Of a DNA stretch of 43,198 nucleotides, positions 28,683 to 38,157 are shown piece by piece (position 1 is the first letter of the stretch; every line of letters starts with the position of its first letter). A program made the translations under genes and the position numbers. Below the pieces are notes generated by a model. That model was not told the DNA's origin and made no database searches. It worked only from the letters and a program-made list of their open reading frames with translations. Source of the DNA: Candidatus Iainarchaeum sp. (GTDB lineage Archaea; Iainarchaeota; Iainarchaeia; JAGGVJ01); assembly GCA_021158055.1 (NCBI GenBank), contig JAGGVJ010000033.1:1-43198 (forward strand), written 5' to 3'.

Positions 28683-29762
28683 ATGGACAACACCACAAGT
28701 GACAAAATAAAAGAATTGCTGAAAACCAGCAAACAGGTCATTCAAGACTGTTCCCTGCCAAACGGTGCAATAATCGCTGCAAATTCCACTAAACCTTATG
28801 CTCCAAAAGAAGCAAAATATTACAAGTTTGTCTGGCCAAGAGACGCAATGTACACCTGCATGGCCGCAGACATACTTGGAATAAATATTGCGGAAAAATT
28901 TTTCAAATGGTGCATGAAAGCAGAAGGGTGGCAAAAAACAGGTTTGTTTTATGAAAAATACTTCATCAACGGAAAAAAAGCCCTGCATCATTTTCAACCG
29001 GATCAAACCGGAAGCGTCCTAATGGCTGTGTTCGAGCATTGCAAAAACAACAAAAATGATTACAAAAAATTTCAAAAACTCATTGAAAAATCAGCAAACG
29101 GATTATGCAATGTCTGGAAAAAAGACCATTTTACGCCGGTAACACAAGATCTATGGGAAGAACGGCTTTGTTTTCCCGACCTCAAAGAAAACTTCACTTA
29201 TTCACTTGCCATTTGTTCCAGGGGGCTGAGTTGCGCAAACAAGCTTATTCCAAACAAAAAATGGCAAAAAACATCAAACGAAATGAAAACCGTTTTACTG
29301 AAAAACTTCAAAAATGAATTCTATCGCTCTTTTGGAAAAATGAACGACACACGAATCGATGCCTCGCTGCTGGGCCTGGTGTGGCCGTCAGGAACAGTTG
29401 ACGCAGACGACACACGGATCAAAAAAACAATAAAACTCATCGAGGAAAAACTCAGCGACAACCTTGGCATCCACAGGTACGAACACGACGAATACGACGG
29501 GTGGATGTACAACAAAACCACGCACAGAAAAAAAGGAGGCGGTTACTGGCCTCTCTTGAATTTTTGGCTGACCATCTGCTATCTCGAACAAGGCAACAAC
29601 GAAAAAGCACTGAAATACCACAACAAGGTTCTTGAAGACATCAAAAATAAAAAATTCATTCCGGAACAAATATTCAACAACGACATACAAAAAAGCGTTT
29701 GTCCCCTTTGCTGGTCTCATTCAATGTTTGTCATCGCTTCAAAAAAACTAAAGCATATCTGA
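28683..29762 (+). CDS. Glycoside hydrolase family 15 (glucoamylase-like)
   Basis: NGAIIAA, YKFVWPRDA, QPDQTG, DLWEER, IDASLL, RYEHDEY, PEQ, PLCWSHSM. Confidence 0.9.
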   Translation: MDNTTSDKIKELLKTSKQVIQDCSLPNGAIIAANSTKPYAPKEAKYYKFVWPRDAMYTCMAADILGINIAEKFFKWCMKAEGWQKTGLFYEKYFINGKKALHHFQPDQTGSVLMAVFEHCKNNKNDYKKFQKLIEKSANGLCNVWKKDHFTPVTQDLWEERLCFPDLKENFTYSLAICSRGLSCANKLIPNKKWQKTSNEMKTVLLKNFKNEFYRSFGKMNDTRIDASLLGLVWPSGTVDADDTRIKKTIKLIEEKLSDNLGIHRYEHDEYDGWMYNKTTHRKKGGGYWPLLNFWLTICYLEQGNNEKALKYHNKVLEDIKNKKFIPEQIFNNDIQKSVCPLCWSHSMFVIASKKLKHI

Positions 29763-29870
29763 CTATCCACATAAAACAAACATCTTGTTGATTGATACAA
29801 TCATTGTGACTAAAACGCAAAGACAACTTGCACTTTCTTTTTATCTTCAAAAAAAGCACTGCAATTACAA

Positions 29871-30359
29871 TCAAACATTCTTCTTTTTCAATCTGGATAT
29901 CGTCAAACTTAAATTTTCAGCGGAAATCAAAGCCCAATCATCATTGACTTCAAAGCCCTGGTCTTTATACCAACTCAAAGGAAATTCAGTTTTTTTAAAT
30001 GTAATCTTATCAAAACTTACAACATCATACTTTTCTAAAGCAATCAAATACAACTTTTCCGAAAGCTCAGTTCCAATGCCTCTTTTCTGAAAATCCGGAT
30101 GGACAAAAATTTCCCCATCAAACAAATGGTTCCCGTTCCACCACGGTTTTATCGCTGCAAAAAACGCACCCACAACAACCCCTCCGCATTCAGCAACAAA
30201 TGCAATACTGGGTTGCCTTTCCAACAGATAAGACAAAAAAGTTTTTGCAGTATCAACACTCCAACGTTCACCGACATCAAAAACAGTGTAAACCTCAACA
30301 TAAATCTCTGCAAGACACTGCAAATCACTTTTTTGAACAGGCCTTAAACTGATTGCCAT
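29871..30359 (-). CDS. GNAT family acetyltransferase
   Basis: FVAECGGVVVG, EIFVHPDFQKRGIGTEL, WYKDQGF. Confidence 0.9.
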   Translation of the reverse strand: MAISLRPVQKSDLQCLAEIYVEVYTVFDVGERWSVDTAKTFLSYLLERQPSIAFVAECGGVVVGAFFAAIKPWWNGNHLFDGEIFVHPDFQKRGIGTELSEKLYLIALEKYDVVSFDKITFKKTEFPLSWYKDQGFEVNDDWALISAENLSLTISRLKKKNV

Positions 30360-30444
30360 GCAATCTGTATGTTTTGCAAAATATAAAAAGAATTAGTGCC
30401 CGGACAATCAACCAATCAAACAAGCGATCATTTGAATCTGAAAT

Positions 30445-31025
30445 TTACTGATTGAATGCTGCCTTTAAGCTTTTCAATACTTCATCATAATTGCCCTGGT
30501 CGAAATACAAGACAACATCTGCTTCATCTTTTGCCGCTTTCTCAAATTTTTCCTTCCTGATATCCTTATAGAAATCAACCCACCTGTGGTTGCTGTTTAA
30601 CCTGTTTCTTTTCTTCAGCCTGTCCAGTACCTGCTCTTCTTCCAGCCCGCATTCGATAATGACAGTGGTTATTTTACCGAAGCAATCTCCGCTAAATCCA
30701 GATACTTTTTACGGGCTTTTCTCTCTATCCCTGCCCCGTCCACCAGCACAGATTCGCCTTGCGACAACAACTCTTTAACTAACGCCATCCTAAATGCAGA
30801 TACGGTCTTATTTGCGGAGATTATTTTTGAATTAGGATAAGAATAATGGGCGTCTGAATAAAATTTAATGCTTGAAATCAAAAAATCCCTGACATCATCA
30901 CCGTTAACCTTGTTCAGGTCAAATTCCCGCAGCAGTTTTCTTGAAAGGACTGTTTTGCCTGAAGCATTGTGCCCGGAAATAAGTATCAAGAACTGTTTTG
31001 TCATAGCATGCACCTGTTCTGCCAC
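30445..31025 (-). pseudogene. Frameshifted P-loop kinase (AAA_33-like)
   Basis: GHNASGKT, DDVR, VLVDG; after a shift near 30678 the frame continues KITTVIIECGLEEEQVLDRLKKR...AFNQ to a stop at 30445. Confidence 0.75.
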
Positions 31026-31049
31026 CCAGCATCTACTGTTTTCTTTTAT

Positions 31050-31312
31050 CTATTGTTTTCTTTTCTTTAAAAAGACACAACCGGCAATCAAAATAACCGC
31101 AACGGCAAAAACACCATAATACAGGTAATCCGATTCTGCCGCATCTTCATCCTGACCTTTAACCGCATCTTCCAGAATTTCGATATCTGACAAAAAATAA
31201 CCTGCAAACGATTCATCGCCCTGGAAATGAATCTTCGTCTTAATTTTTTGCCCCTTTAAAATCGGGTTACTGCGCGATAAAATTCCAATCGTGATTAAAA
31301 TTTTTTGTTCAT
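31050..31312 (-). pseudogene. Deletion remnant: frameshifted signal peptide fused to a C-terminal membrane anchor
   Basis: Adding one A to the A6 run gives MNKKILITIGIL..., open through YLYYGVFAVAVILIAGCVFLKKRKQ*. Confidence 0.65.
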
Positions 31313-31314
31313 AT

Positions 31315-33933
31315 CTATTCTCCTGCTTTTTTCAAAGCAAGTTCCTTAATGGTCTCGTATGTCTGGAATTCAGGAGCAAGAGAATCATAATTTTTAGACA
31401 TGCCGAACGAGAGCATTTCTGCATGCTGTCCCATGAACCCGCCGTGAACCGGGTAAACAAAAACCATGTCCAGTTCATTGAAAAAATTATCCGCATATTC
31501 CAGGAATTCATTCTGCTGTGCAGGGGTCATCTTTTGGCTAAAGGCCGCTATCGGCAACTTGTCGTTCCCGACATCAATAAACACAAAAACAGGTATGTCT
31601 TTGCTTAATTTTTTCTCAATCCCCTCAACCTGAAGCTTTATATTGTTCCATTTGCCTGAATCCAATGTTCTATTTAACACTTCTTCAGATGAAGGTGTCG
31701 CAGTCACAAAATCAACATTCGGCGGAAAATAAGAAAATTCAGCAAAAGTACGCCAGGTCCCGACATAAACCTGTTTATCTTTTGATTTGCCGTATTTATG
31801 AATCTCATCAACAACTTTTGACGAAGCTTCAAATGACTCTTTTACTGCCGCGTGCCCAGGATAAGATTTTTCAATGATGTTTGCCTGCTTGAACAGCATA
31901 TCAATCCACATAATATCCGCCCCGCAGTCAATCTGTTTTTTCGCCCAGCTCAAAAAAAGTTCCTGAAATTTTTCATTAGTCATATCCGGAAAGTAAGCCG
32001 GGGCATTTTCCGGATCATAATCCTGAGGGCATTCAATTCCCGAATCAATCCAATTCCATGATTTGGTAAGCTTACATTGTGTTTCTTCCTTGGAAACACC
32101 CAGATTCCATTTTTCCGGATTAAAGGCCATTTCCCATGTTTCGGTTTGTTTAAATATCTTGTCAGTTATGGGATTTCTTTCAAGTTTGTTGAGACGCTGA
32201 GTGGTTACAGCACCTGTAAATAATATATGTGGAATATCTGCTTTTATTTTTTCCGTGGCATCTTTTAATTGCTGATAAGTGTATCCTCTTATTTCAGCTT
32301 CTTTTACATATTCATCAGGAAATTCCAAAGATACCGCTAAATCAGGTGATTCAGGCACAGGATTCCATCTCCAAAATCCCCTGAATACCATATCTGTCTT
32401 CGTTTCTTCAAATATGGCAGATACTTCATCAATACTCCTGCTAATCACATCTCCATCAGTTACGGTCTGATAAAAAGAAGCGACTCTGATGTTTTCCAGA
32501 TTAGATTGTCTGCAATCATCATCATTTGCTATGGTGCATCCAACAGGACATATTCCGTCGCCTGAAACACAGCAATCTTCCGGGCAGTTATAGCCGTCTT
32601 CTCCCTGTTCGCAGATTTGATTGCCACAGACAGGTTCATCTTCCCCTGCTTTTTTCAAAGCAAGTTCCTTAATAGTCTCGTAAGTGCCAAATTCAGGGGC
32701 AAGGGAATCATAAACTCTAAATCCAGGGGGAAATTCCTTTGAAAAAGAAAGTATTTTTGCATTATTTCCCATCCACCCCCCATGAATCGGGTAAATAAAA
32801 TTAATTTCCTTTTTTTGAAAAAATTCATCCGCAGTTCTTAGAAATTGCCCTTGTTCTCGCGGTGTCAATTTTTGGCTAAATACAGCTAAAGGATTATCGT
32901 CACGCATGCTCCAGTCTATAAAAGCAAAAATAGGAATATCCCCTGCTTTTTCTTTTATCATACTCCATTTTTCGCTATCAAGGGTTTTGTCCAGTATCTC
33001 CTCGCCGTCAGGTGTAAAAGTAATGAAATCAAGATCAGGGAATGGACAATCGTGCATAATCGGAAAGTGGCCCCATGACCCGACATAAATAGGTTTATTG
33101 TATTTTGATAAACCATATAAACGAATCTGTTCAGCTATTTTAGATAAGCTGGAAGTGTATTCATCTATTAAAGGATCGCTTGGATCCAAAATATCTCCGG
33201 CTATTAAAATAGTCAAAATACCATATGGGCCATCAATCCATATAGCGTCAACTCCGGAATCTATTTGTTTTTTTGCAAGATTAAGAATATGTTTTTGAAA
33301 ATCATGGCTTGTCAAGTCAGGTATATATTCAATTTCCCCAGCAGAACGATTATGCAATATATCCCTCAACTGCTCCAAAGTCATATCCAATCCATACTTT
33401 GATGGATCAAAAGCCATCTTTTTAACTGTTTCCCTGTCCAGAGGATTGCCTGTTAACGGATCGCTATCCTTTTCATGGAAATACTGAAGTCCAAGCGACC
33501 CGCAGAATATCACATCAGGCATTTTCTTTTTTATCTCTTTTATCGATTCTCCCAATTGGCTGTAGCTATACCCATTTTTATCTTCCTCAAAGCATGGTGT
33601 TTTCCATTTCCAGAATCCCCTAAAGATAAAATCTGTTTTTGTTTCAGCAAGTATATTGACAACATCATCAATATCCCTATTGATTACTTCACCGTCAGTT
33701 ATCCTCTCATAAAGCGAAGCAACCTTAACATCAGAAAGTTCTTTTGACCCACCCACCGGGCAAACACATTTGCCATTGTCGCAATAAGCCCCTTCGCATC
33801 GCACAAGTTTGCAATCCGCGTCTGTTTCGCAAGCTCCAAATTCTGGTTTTTCTCTAATTTTCATCAATATAAAAACTGACAAAATAAGCAAAATCAAAAT
33901 TCCGATTGTAATCAAGATTTTTTTGCCCACCAT
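31315..33933 (-). CDS. Secreted/anchored protein with two copies of a ~370-aa uncharacterised domain separated by a Cys-rich linker
   Basis: VAS.Y...TDG.VI.R....V..I..ETKTD..FRGFW.W through YDSLAPEF.TYETIKELALKKAGE occurs twice. Confidence 0.85.
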   Translation of the reverse strand: MVGKKILITIGILILLILSVFILMKIREKPEFGACETDADCKLVRCEGAYCDNGKCVCPVGGSKELSDVKVASLYERITDGEVINRDIDDVVNILAETKTDFIFRGFWKWKTPCFEEDKNGYSYSQLGESIKEIKKKMPDVIFCGSLGLQYFHEKDSDPLTGNPLDRETVKKMAFDPSKYGLDMTLEQLRDILHNRSAGEIEYIPDLTSHDFQKHILNLAKKQIDSGVDAIWIDGPYGILTILIAGDILDPSDPLIDEYTSSLSKIAEQIRLYGLSKYNKPIYVGSWGHFPIMHDCPFPDLDFITFTPDGEEILDKTLDSEKWSMIKEKAGDIPIFAFIDWSMRDDNPLAVFSQKLTPREQGQFLRTADEFFQKKEINFIYPIHGGWMGNNAKILSFSKEFPPGFRVYDSLAPEFGTYETIKELALKKAGEDEPVCGNQICEQGEDGYNCPEDCCVSGDGICPVGCTIANDDDCRQSNLENIRVASFYQTVTDGDVISRSIDEVSAIFEETKTDMVFRGFWRWNPVPESPDLAVSLEFPDEYVKEAEIRGYTYQQLKDATEKIKADIPHILFTGAVTTQRLNKLERNPITDKIFKQTETWEMAFNPEKWNLGVSKEETQCKLTKSWNWIDSGIECPQDYDPENAPAYFPDMTNEKFQELFLSWAKKQIDCGADIMWIDMLFKQANIIEKSYPGHAAVKESFEASSKVVDEIHKYGKSKDKQVYVGTWRTFAEFSYFPPNVDFVTATPSSEEVLNRTLDSGKWNNIKLQVEGIEKKLSKDIPVFVFIDVGNDKLPIAAFSQKMTPAQQNEFLEYADNFFNELDMVFVYPVHGGFMGQHAEMLSFGMSKNYDSLAPEFQTYETIKELALKKAGE

Positions 33934-33949
33934 AATTTAACCACACCCA

Positions 33950-35710
33950 TTACTTTAAAATCAATACTCTTGACCCGTAAGCGGGAACCGAAATCCTGAA
34001 ATCTGCCGGGTCTGCGACCGTGAAGGTTTCGCCTGAGAGTTCGTCTTTTAATTTATCCCTTTTTTTGAAAGGAATATCCAAAATGCTTGTTGCCTGCTTG
34101 TCGTTGAAATTTATCACAACCACAACATTTTCATCCTCGTAGGTTCTGGAATATGCATAAGTGTTATCTCCGGATTTCCAGACGTTTTCTAGGGTGCCAT
34201 ATTTTAGGGCGTTGTTGTTGTTTCTTATGTTCAGAACTTTTTTCCAATGGGAACGCCTAATATTTACGGGATACTTTATAGATTGTATATTGAGCTCATC
34301 CAACATTTCAGATGGTGGTTCCTCTATAATTTCGAATTGTGATACTTTAGGCACACCTGGGATTGTAGAAAGAAGTGTAACAGTAAGGAGATATTTGGGA
34401 TCATTTAAGATGAAGTTTATAATAGAATGACCAAATAGATTCCAATTTCTCAACATACGGTAACGTGTTCTATTATAATTAATAGGTTCATTCTTAAACC
34501 ATAAAACGAAATCTTTTGAATTGAGATTATTTGTTATTACCTGTTCATTAATCAATTTAATAAAAAGATAATCTTCACTTATCTCTGCAATTTCGTCCAT
34601 CTCAGTGGAGGTGCGATAATAAGGATATTTACATGCCCAATCCGATGCATGCGGATTTGTGGAGATGCCTTCAGAGGTATAAATCTGATTAGGTTTTGTA
34701 AGTTTTCTTAATTCTCTATATAAATCCATTGGGGAATAATCACCAAATATAACCGGGTCGGGACATGTTTCCTTATTGCAAATATGCCAGGTCGTATCTT
34801 CCGCAAAACAGGGATTAATGGCTGGATGATCTATTCTCATCCCATCAAATCCACGTTTGTTTATTTCTTTATCGTATAATTCCTTAAATATCTTTATAAC
34901 ATCCTCATTTTTTGGATTAATGAATAGTCCGTGCCCTGAAAATTCACAGGCATATTCTCCATCTAAATTTTTTATCAGAATATCTTTTTCTTTATTGGCA
35001 ACCTGATATTGATACAAAAATCCCCCAACCCTATCTCTATCATAGTCAATTCCTGTAGACCATGAAGCAACTCTCCCCTGACATGCAGGCAATTGGGGTG
35101 CAGTGGTTGCTGTCTCAAACATTGTTATCACTTTTAGTCCATTGCTATGGGCTTCGGTAAGAAATGTGGAAAGTTCTGCCTCAGTTCCTCTTGCAGGATC
35201 AAGATTATCATAATTACTTATCTGCCATCGAAATCCCGGTGTCTTAGAATTACAATGTTCCCATATAGGTGTAAGTTCAATAAGATTTACTCCAGTATCC
35301 TTGAGGATTGAAACAATATCGTTAAGTTCTTCAAATGTCGCAGTTTTCACGACCAATTCTTCACAAAATGTAGCACCCTCTCGTATCCAGCAATCCCCAT
35401 CATCGTTGTCTGTTAAGCCGTCGCCGTCGTTGTCAATCCCGTCTGTGCAGATTGTTTCTACTTTGACTTCCGGTGTTTTGCAGTCATCATCATTTGCGGG
35501 GGTGCAACCTGTCAGACATTTATTGTCTCCTGAAATGCAACAATCTTTTGGGCAGTTAAAACCGTCTTCTCCTGTTTCGCAGATATTGTTGCCGCATTCC
35601 GTTGATATGATTGTCGTGGTTGTTGTAAGTTTGGGTTTCTGTATGCATCCTGCCAACAGGATAACTGCTATTGCAACTATTCCTACTCCAATCAAGATTT
35701 TTCTATCCAT
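33950..35710 (-). CDS. Alpha-amylase family (GH13-like) lipoprotein with atypical active site
   Basis: Lipobox LLAGC, GVNLIELTPIW, LDPARGT, AHSNGLKVI, GFDGMRIDH, TIPGVP, YAYSR..VVVVINF. Confidence 0.8.
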   Translation of the reverse strand: MDRKILIGVGIVAIAVILLAGCIQKPKLTTTTTIISTECGNNICETGEDGFNCPKDCCISGDNKCLTGCTPANDDDCKTPEVKVETICTDGIDNDGDGLTDNDDGDCWIREGATFCEELVVKTATFEELNDIVSILKDTGVNLIELTPIWEHCNSKTPGFRWQISNYDNLDPARGTEAELSTFLTEAHSNGLKVITMFETATTAPQLPACQGRVASWSTGIDYDRDRVGGFLYQYQVANKEKDILIKNLDGEYACEFSGHGLFINPKNEDVIKIFKELYDKEINKRGFDGMRIDHPAINPCFAEDTTWHICNKETCPDPVIFGDYSPMDLYRELRKLTKPNQIYTSEGISTNPHASDWACKYPYYRTSTEMDEIAEISEDYLFIKLINEQVITNNLNSKDFVLWFKNEPINYNRTRYRMLRNWNLFGHSIINFILNDPKYLLTVTLLSTIPGVPKVSQFEIIEEPPSEMLDELNIQSIKYPVNIRRSHWKKVLNIRNNNNALKYGTLENVWKSGDNTYAYSRTYEDENVVVVINFNDKQATSILDIPFKKRDKLKDELSGETFTVADPADFRISVPAYGSRVLILK

Positions 35711-35750
35711 AATATAACCATCCGTATAATACTGTGATTATAATACTGTA

Positions 35751-35835
35751 ATTATTATCCACCCATAATAATTATCCACCCATAATAATTATCCATCCAT
35801 AATAATTATCCATCCATAATAATTATCCACCCATA
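35751..35835. repeat. Tandem repeat, 5 x 17 bp, ATAATTATCCA(C/T)CCATA
   Basis: Units start at 35751, 35768, 35785, 35802 and 35819; no spacers. Confidence 0.95.
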
Positions 35836-35853
35836 AAACTTAGTTTGCACACA

Positions 35854-36544
35854 CTACTTCAACATGGTTTCAACCGTCGCATCTGCAAAAATCTTCATCG
35901 TGTCAAATATTTTCAGTTTACCGTGTTCCAGGATAAGCAACTGCAAATCAGTGCACGCCAAAACAACACAGTCAACATCTTCACTTTCAAAACCAGTAAT
36001 AATCCCAATCAACTCTTTGCGGTCCCTGTTATTTTGCTGCCCGGTAACCAGATTGTGAATGACTTTACCCATTTTTGCCTGCTGGAAATCATCAGGAGCC
36101 GCAAACCCGATGTTGTTTTTCTCAAACGCATTTTCATACAACTTGTTTTTGATAGTTGCTGAAGTTGAAACAAGCCCGACTTTGTTCATCTTGTTTTCCT
36201 TCAAAAACTTTACTGTCTCCTCAATTATGCTCAAAACCGGAACACCAACCGATTCACGTATTTCTTCAATGAAAACATGCAAGGAATTGCAGGGCATCAC
36301 AACAAAATCAACACCGCTTTCTTCAAGCCTTTAAGCCTCGCGCGTCAAAAAAGGCAAACATCTTTCAATGCCGAAATTTCTTAAAATTGCATCTTCTTCA
36401 ATTTCATACGGCAACGGAACACTTGAAATAAAAATTGGGAGCCGGTTGATTTTGTTTTTTTTTCTGGCAGGAAAAAACAAGATCCAGATAAAACTCGGAA
36501 GTGGTTTCCGGTCCGAGCCCGCCGATTACACCAACAGTTCTCAT
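35854..36544 (-). pseudogene. Aspartate/glutamate racemase pseudogene
   Basis: MRTVGVIGGLGPETT from 36544; frameshift in A9 run (36455-36463); in-frame TAA at 36331-36333; then PCNS and LACTDL catalytic Cys motifs. Confidence 0.88.
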
Positions 36545-36653
36545 ACCTATTAAAATGCTTTTTCTTTTATATATATATATTTTTGAAAAAATTTTTGATT
36601 GTCTTTAGCTGCATGAAAACAAAAAATGTTGCATAGCGCTTAATAAAAAATAA

Positions 36654-37007
36654 TTACCTTTTAAGCAATTTTTCTGTTAATTTTTCCGGTTCAAATGCCT
36701 CTTTCAAATAACCGGCTACTTCTTTAGAATCAAAACCCCTGCATGAAAACAAATCAAAATACAAAGATCCCTTGAACGGATAAGTATGAACGCTCACGTG
36801 GCTGTCAGATATTATCACAAACCCCGTAACACCGCTTTCTTCTCTGTCCCCGTGCTCGTAATACAGCACACACGGTTTTGTTATCGCTTTCATTTTCACG
36901 ATCTTTACCAAGTCAACAAGAGTGTTCTCAATAAACTTTTCATCTGAAAGCCCGCTTAAATTCCTGCATTCCTTCAAATCAACCGTTAAATGATGTCCAT
37001 CTTTCAT
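36654..37007 (-). CDS. speD: Pyruvoyl-dependent S-adenosylmethionine decarboxylase family proenzyme
   Basis: GHHLTVDL, GVTGFVIISDSHVSVHTYP, DLFSC. Confidence 0.82.
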   Translation of the reverse strand: MKDGHHLTVDLKECRNLSGLSDEKFIENTLVDLVKIVKMKAITKPCVLYYEHGDREESGVTGFVIISDSHVSVHTYPFKGSLYFDLFSCRGFDSKEVAGYLKEAFEPEKLTEKLLKR

Positions 37008-37178
37008 TCCAATGCCTTTTGTTTTTTTAATCTCTTTGACTTTTAATATTCTAATTTTTTAAACACACCCTAATTACAAACAACAAACTAAAAAACACCA
37101 AAGTCATTTAAGATAAAAGTCATTTAAAATAATATACAATAACAGATTTCATAAATATACAATAAACGATGTGATCAT

Positions 37179-38135
37179 ATGAACGGAGCAAAAAGCGCAG
37201 TGGAAAAATGCCTTGCAATAAAAAAAGGTGAAGAAATACTCATAATCACAGATGAGAAAAAAATAAGGATAGCAACCCTTCTTGCAGACGAATGCATAAA
37301 AATCGGTGCGAAAGTAACAACTGTGTTCCTGCAGAAAACACAGCGACCGCTTACAGAAATCCCAAAATGCATTGAAAAAGCGGCAATTGCATGCGATGTC
37401 GCAATGACTCCATTTTCAAGCTTTCACGAAGAAGGGACATTTCGATTCAGGCTAATCAAACTGCTTGCGGAAAACAATGCACGGGTCGCGCACATGCCAA
37501 ACATCCCCTTGTCGGCAATTGAATCCGGGGCAATCGGAGCTGATTTCAAAGAGATAAAAAAAGCAAGTGAAAAAATCACTGAAAAACTCAAAGGCTCGGA
37601 TGAAATAACAATTGTTTCAGGAAAAAACAAAAAACTCACCTTTTCAATCAAAAACGCAAAAACACTAATTGACGACGGGAACCTCACAAAACCCGGAAAC
37701 TGGGGAAACCTTCCCGCAGGAGAAGCATTTTTAGTCCCTGTTCCTGAAACAGGCAACGGTGAATTTGAATGCAATGTCACCGCCGGCGGAATCGGAAAAA
37801 TAATGACCCCGATCACACTGGTTTTTGAAAACGGAAAGATTGTAAAAATAAACGGAAAAAGCAGTCAAGCAGACAAAATCAGAAACGCAATCAAAAACGC
37901 GACCGGGGGAAAAGACATCTTGTGCGAGTTCGGAATCGGCACAAACCCGTTTGCGAAACAATGCGGAAACACGCTCGTAGACGAAAAACTAATGGGCACC
38001 TGCCACATCGCAGTCGGGGAAAACACCGGGTTCGGGGGGAACAACAGCTCAAGCATACACATTGACTTTGTCACAAGCAACCCAAAATTTTTTTCAGGAG
38101 AAAAAGAACTTGACTTAAATGTGCAAAATGATTAA
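37179..38135 (+). CDS. Aminopeptidase, M29/thermophilic metalloprotease-like
   Basis: GEEILIITD, GNLPAGEAF, EFGIGTN, DEKLMGTCHIAVG, HIDFV. Confidence 0.88.
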   Translation: MNGAKSAVEKCLAIKKGEEILIITDEKKIRIATLLADECIKIGAKVTTVFLQKTQRPLTEIPKCIEKAAIACDVAMTPFSSFHEEGTFRFRLIKLLAENNARVAHMPNIPLSAIESGAIGADFKEIKKASEKITEKLKGSDEITIVSGKNKKLTFSIKNAKTLIDDGNLTKPGNWGNLPAGEAFLVPVPETGNGEFECNVTAGGIGKIMTPITLVFENGKIVKINGKSSQADKIRNAIKNATGGKDILCEFGIGTNPFAKQCGNTLVDEKLMGTCHIAVGENTGFGGNNSSSIHIDFVTSNPKFFSGEKELDLNVQND

Positions 38136-38157
38136 TCGGGCGTGAATCTTACTGGTT

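Noticed and set aside
35751-35835. TTATCCAC in the 17-bp repeats as DnaA boxes or a replication origin
   Set aside because: Archaeal context, imperfect match to TTATCCACA, and no dnaA, cdc6 or rep gene nearby.
36331-36333. Stop-codon recoding (Sec/Pyl) in the racemase gene
   Set aside because: The stop is TAA and the gene also carries a frameshift, so decay is the simpler explanation.
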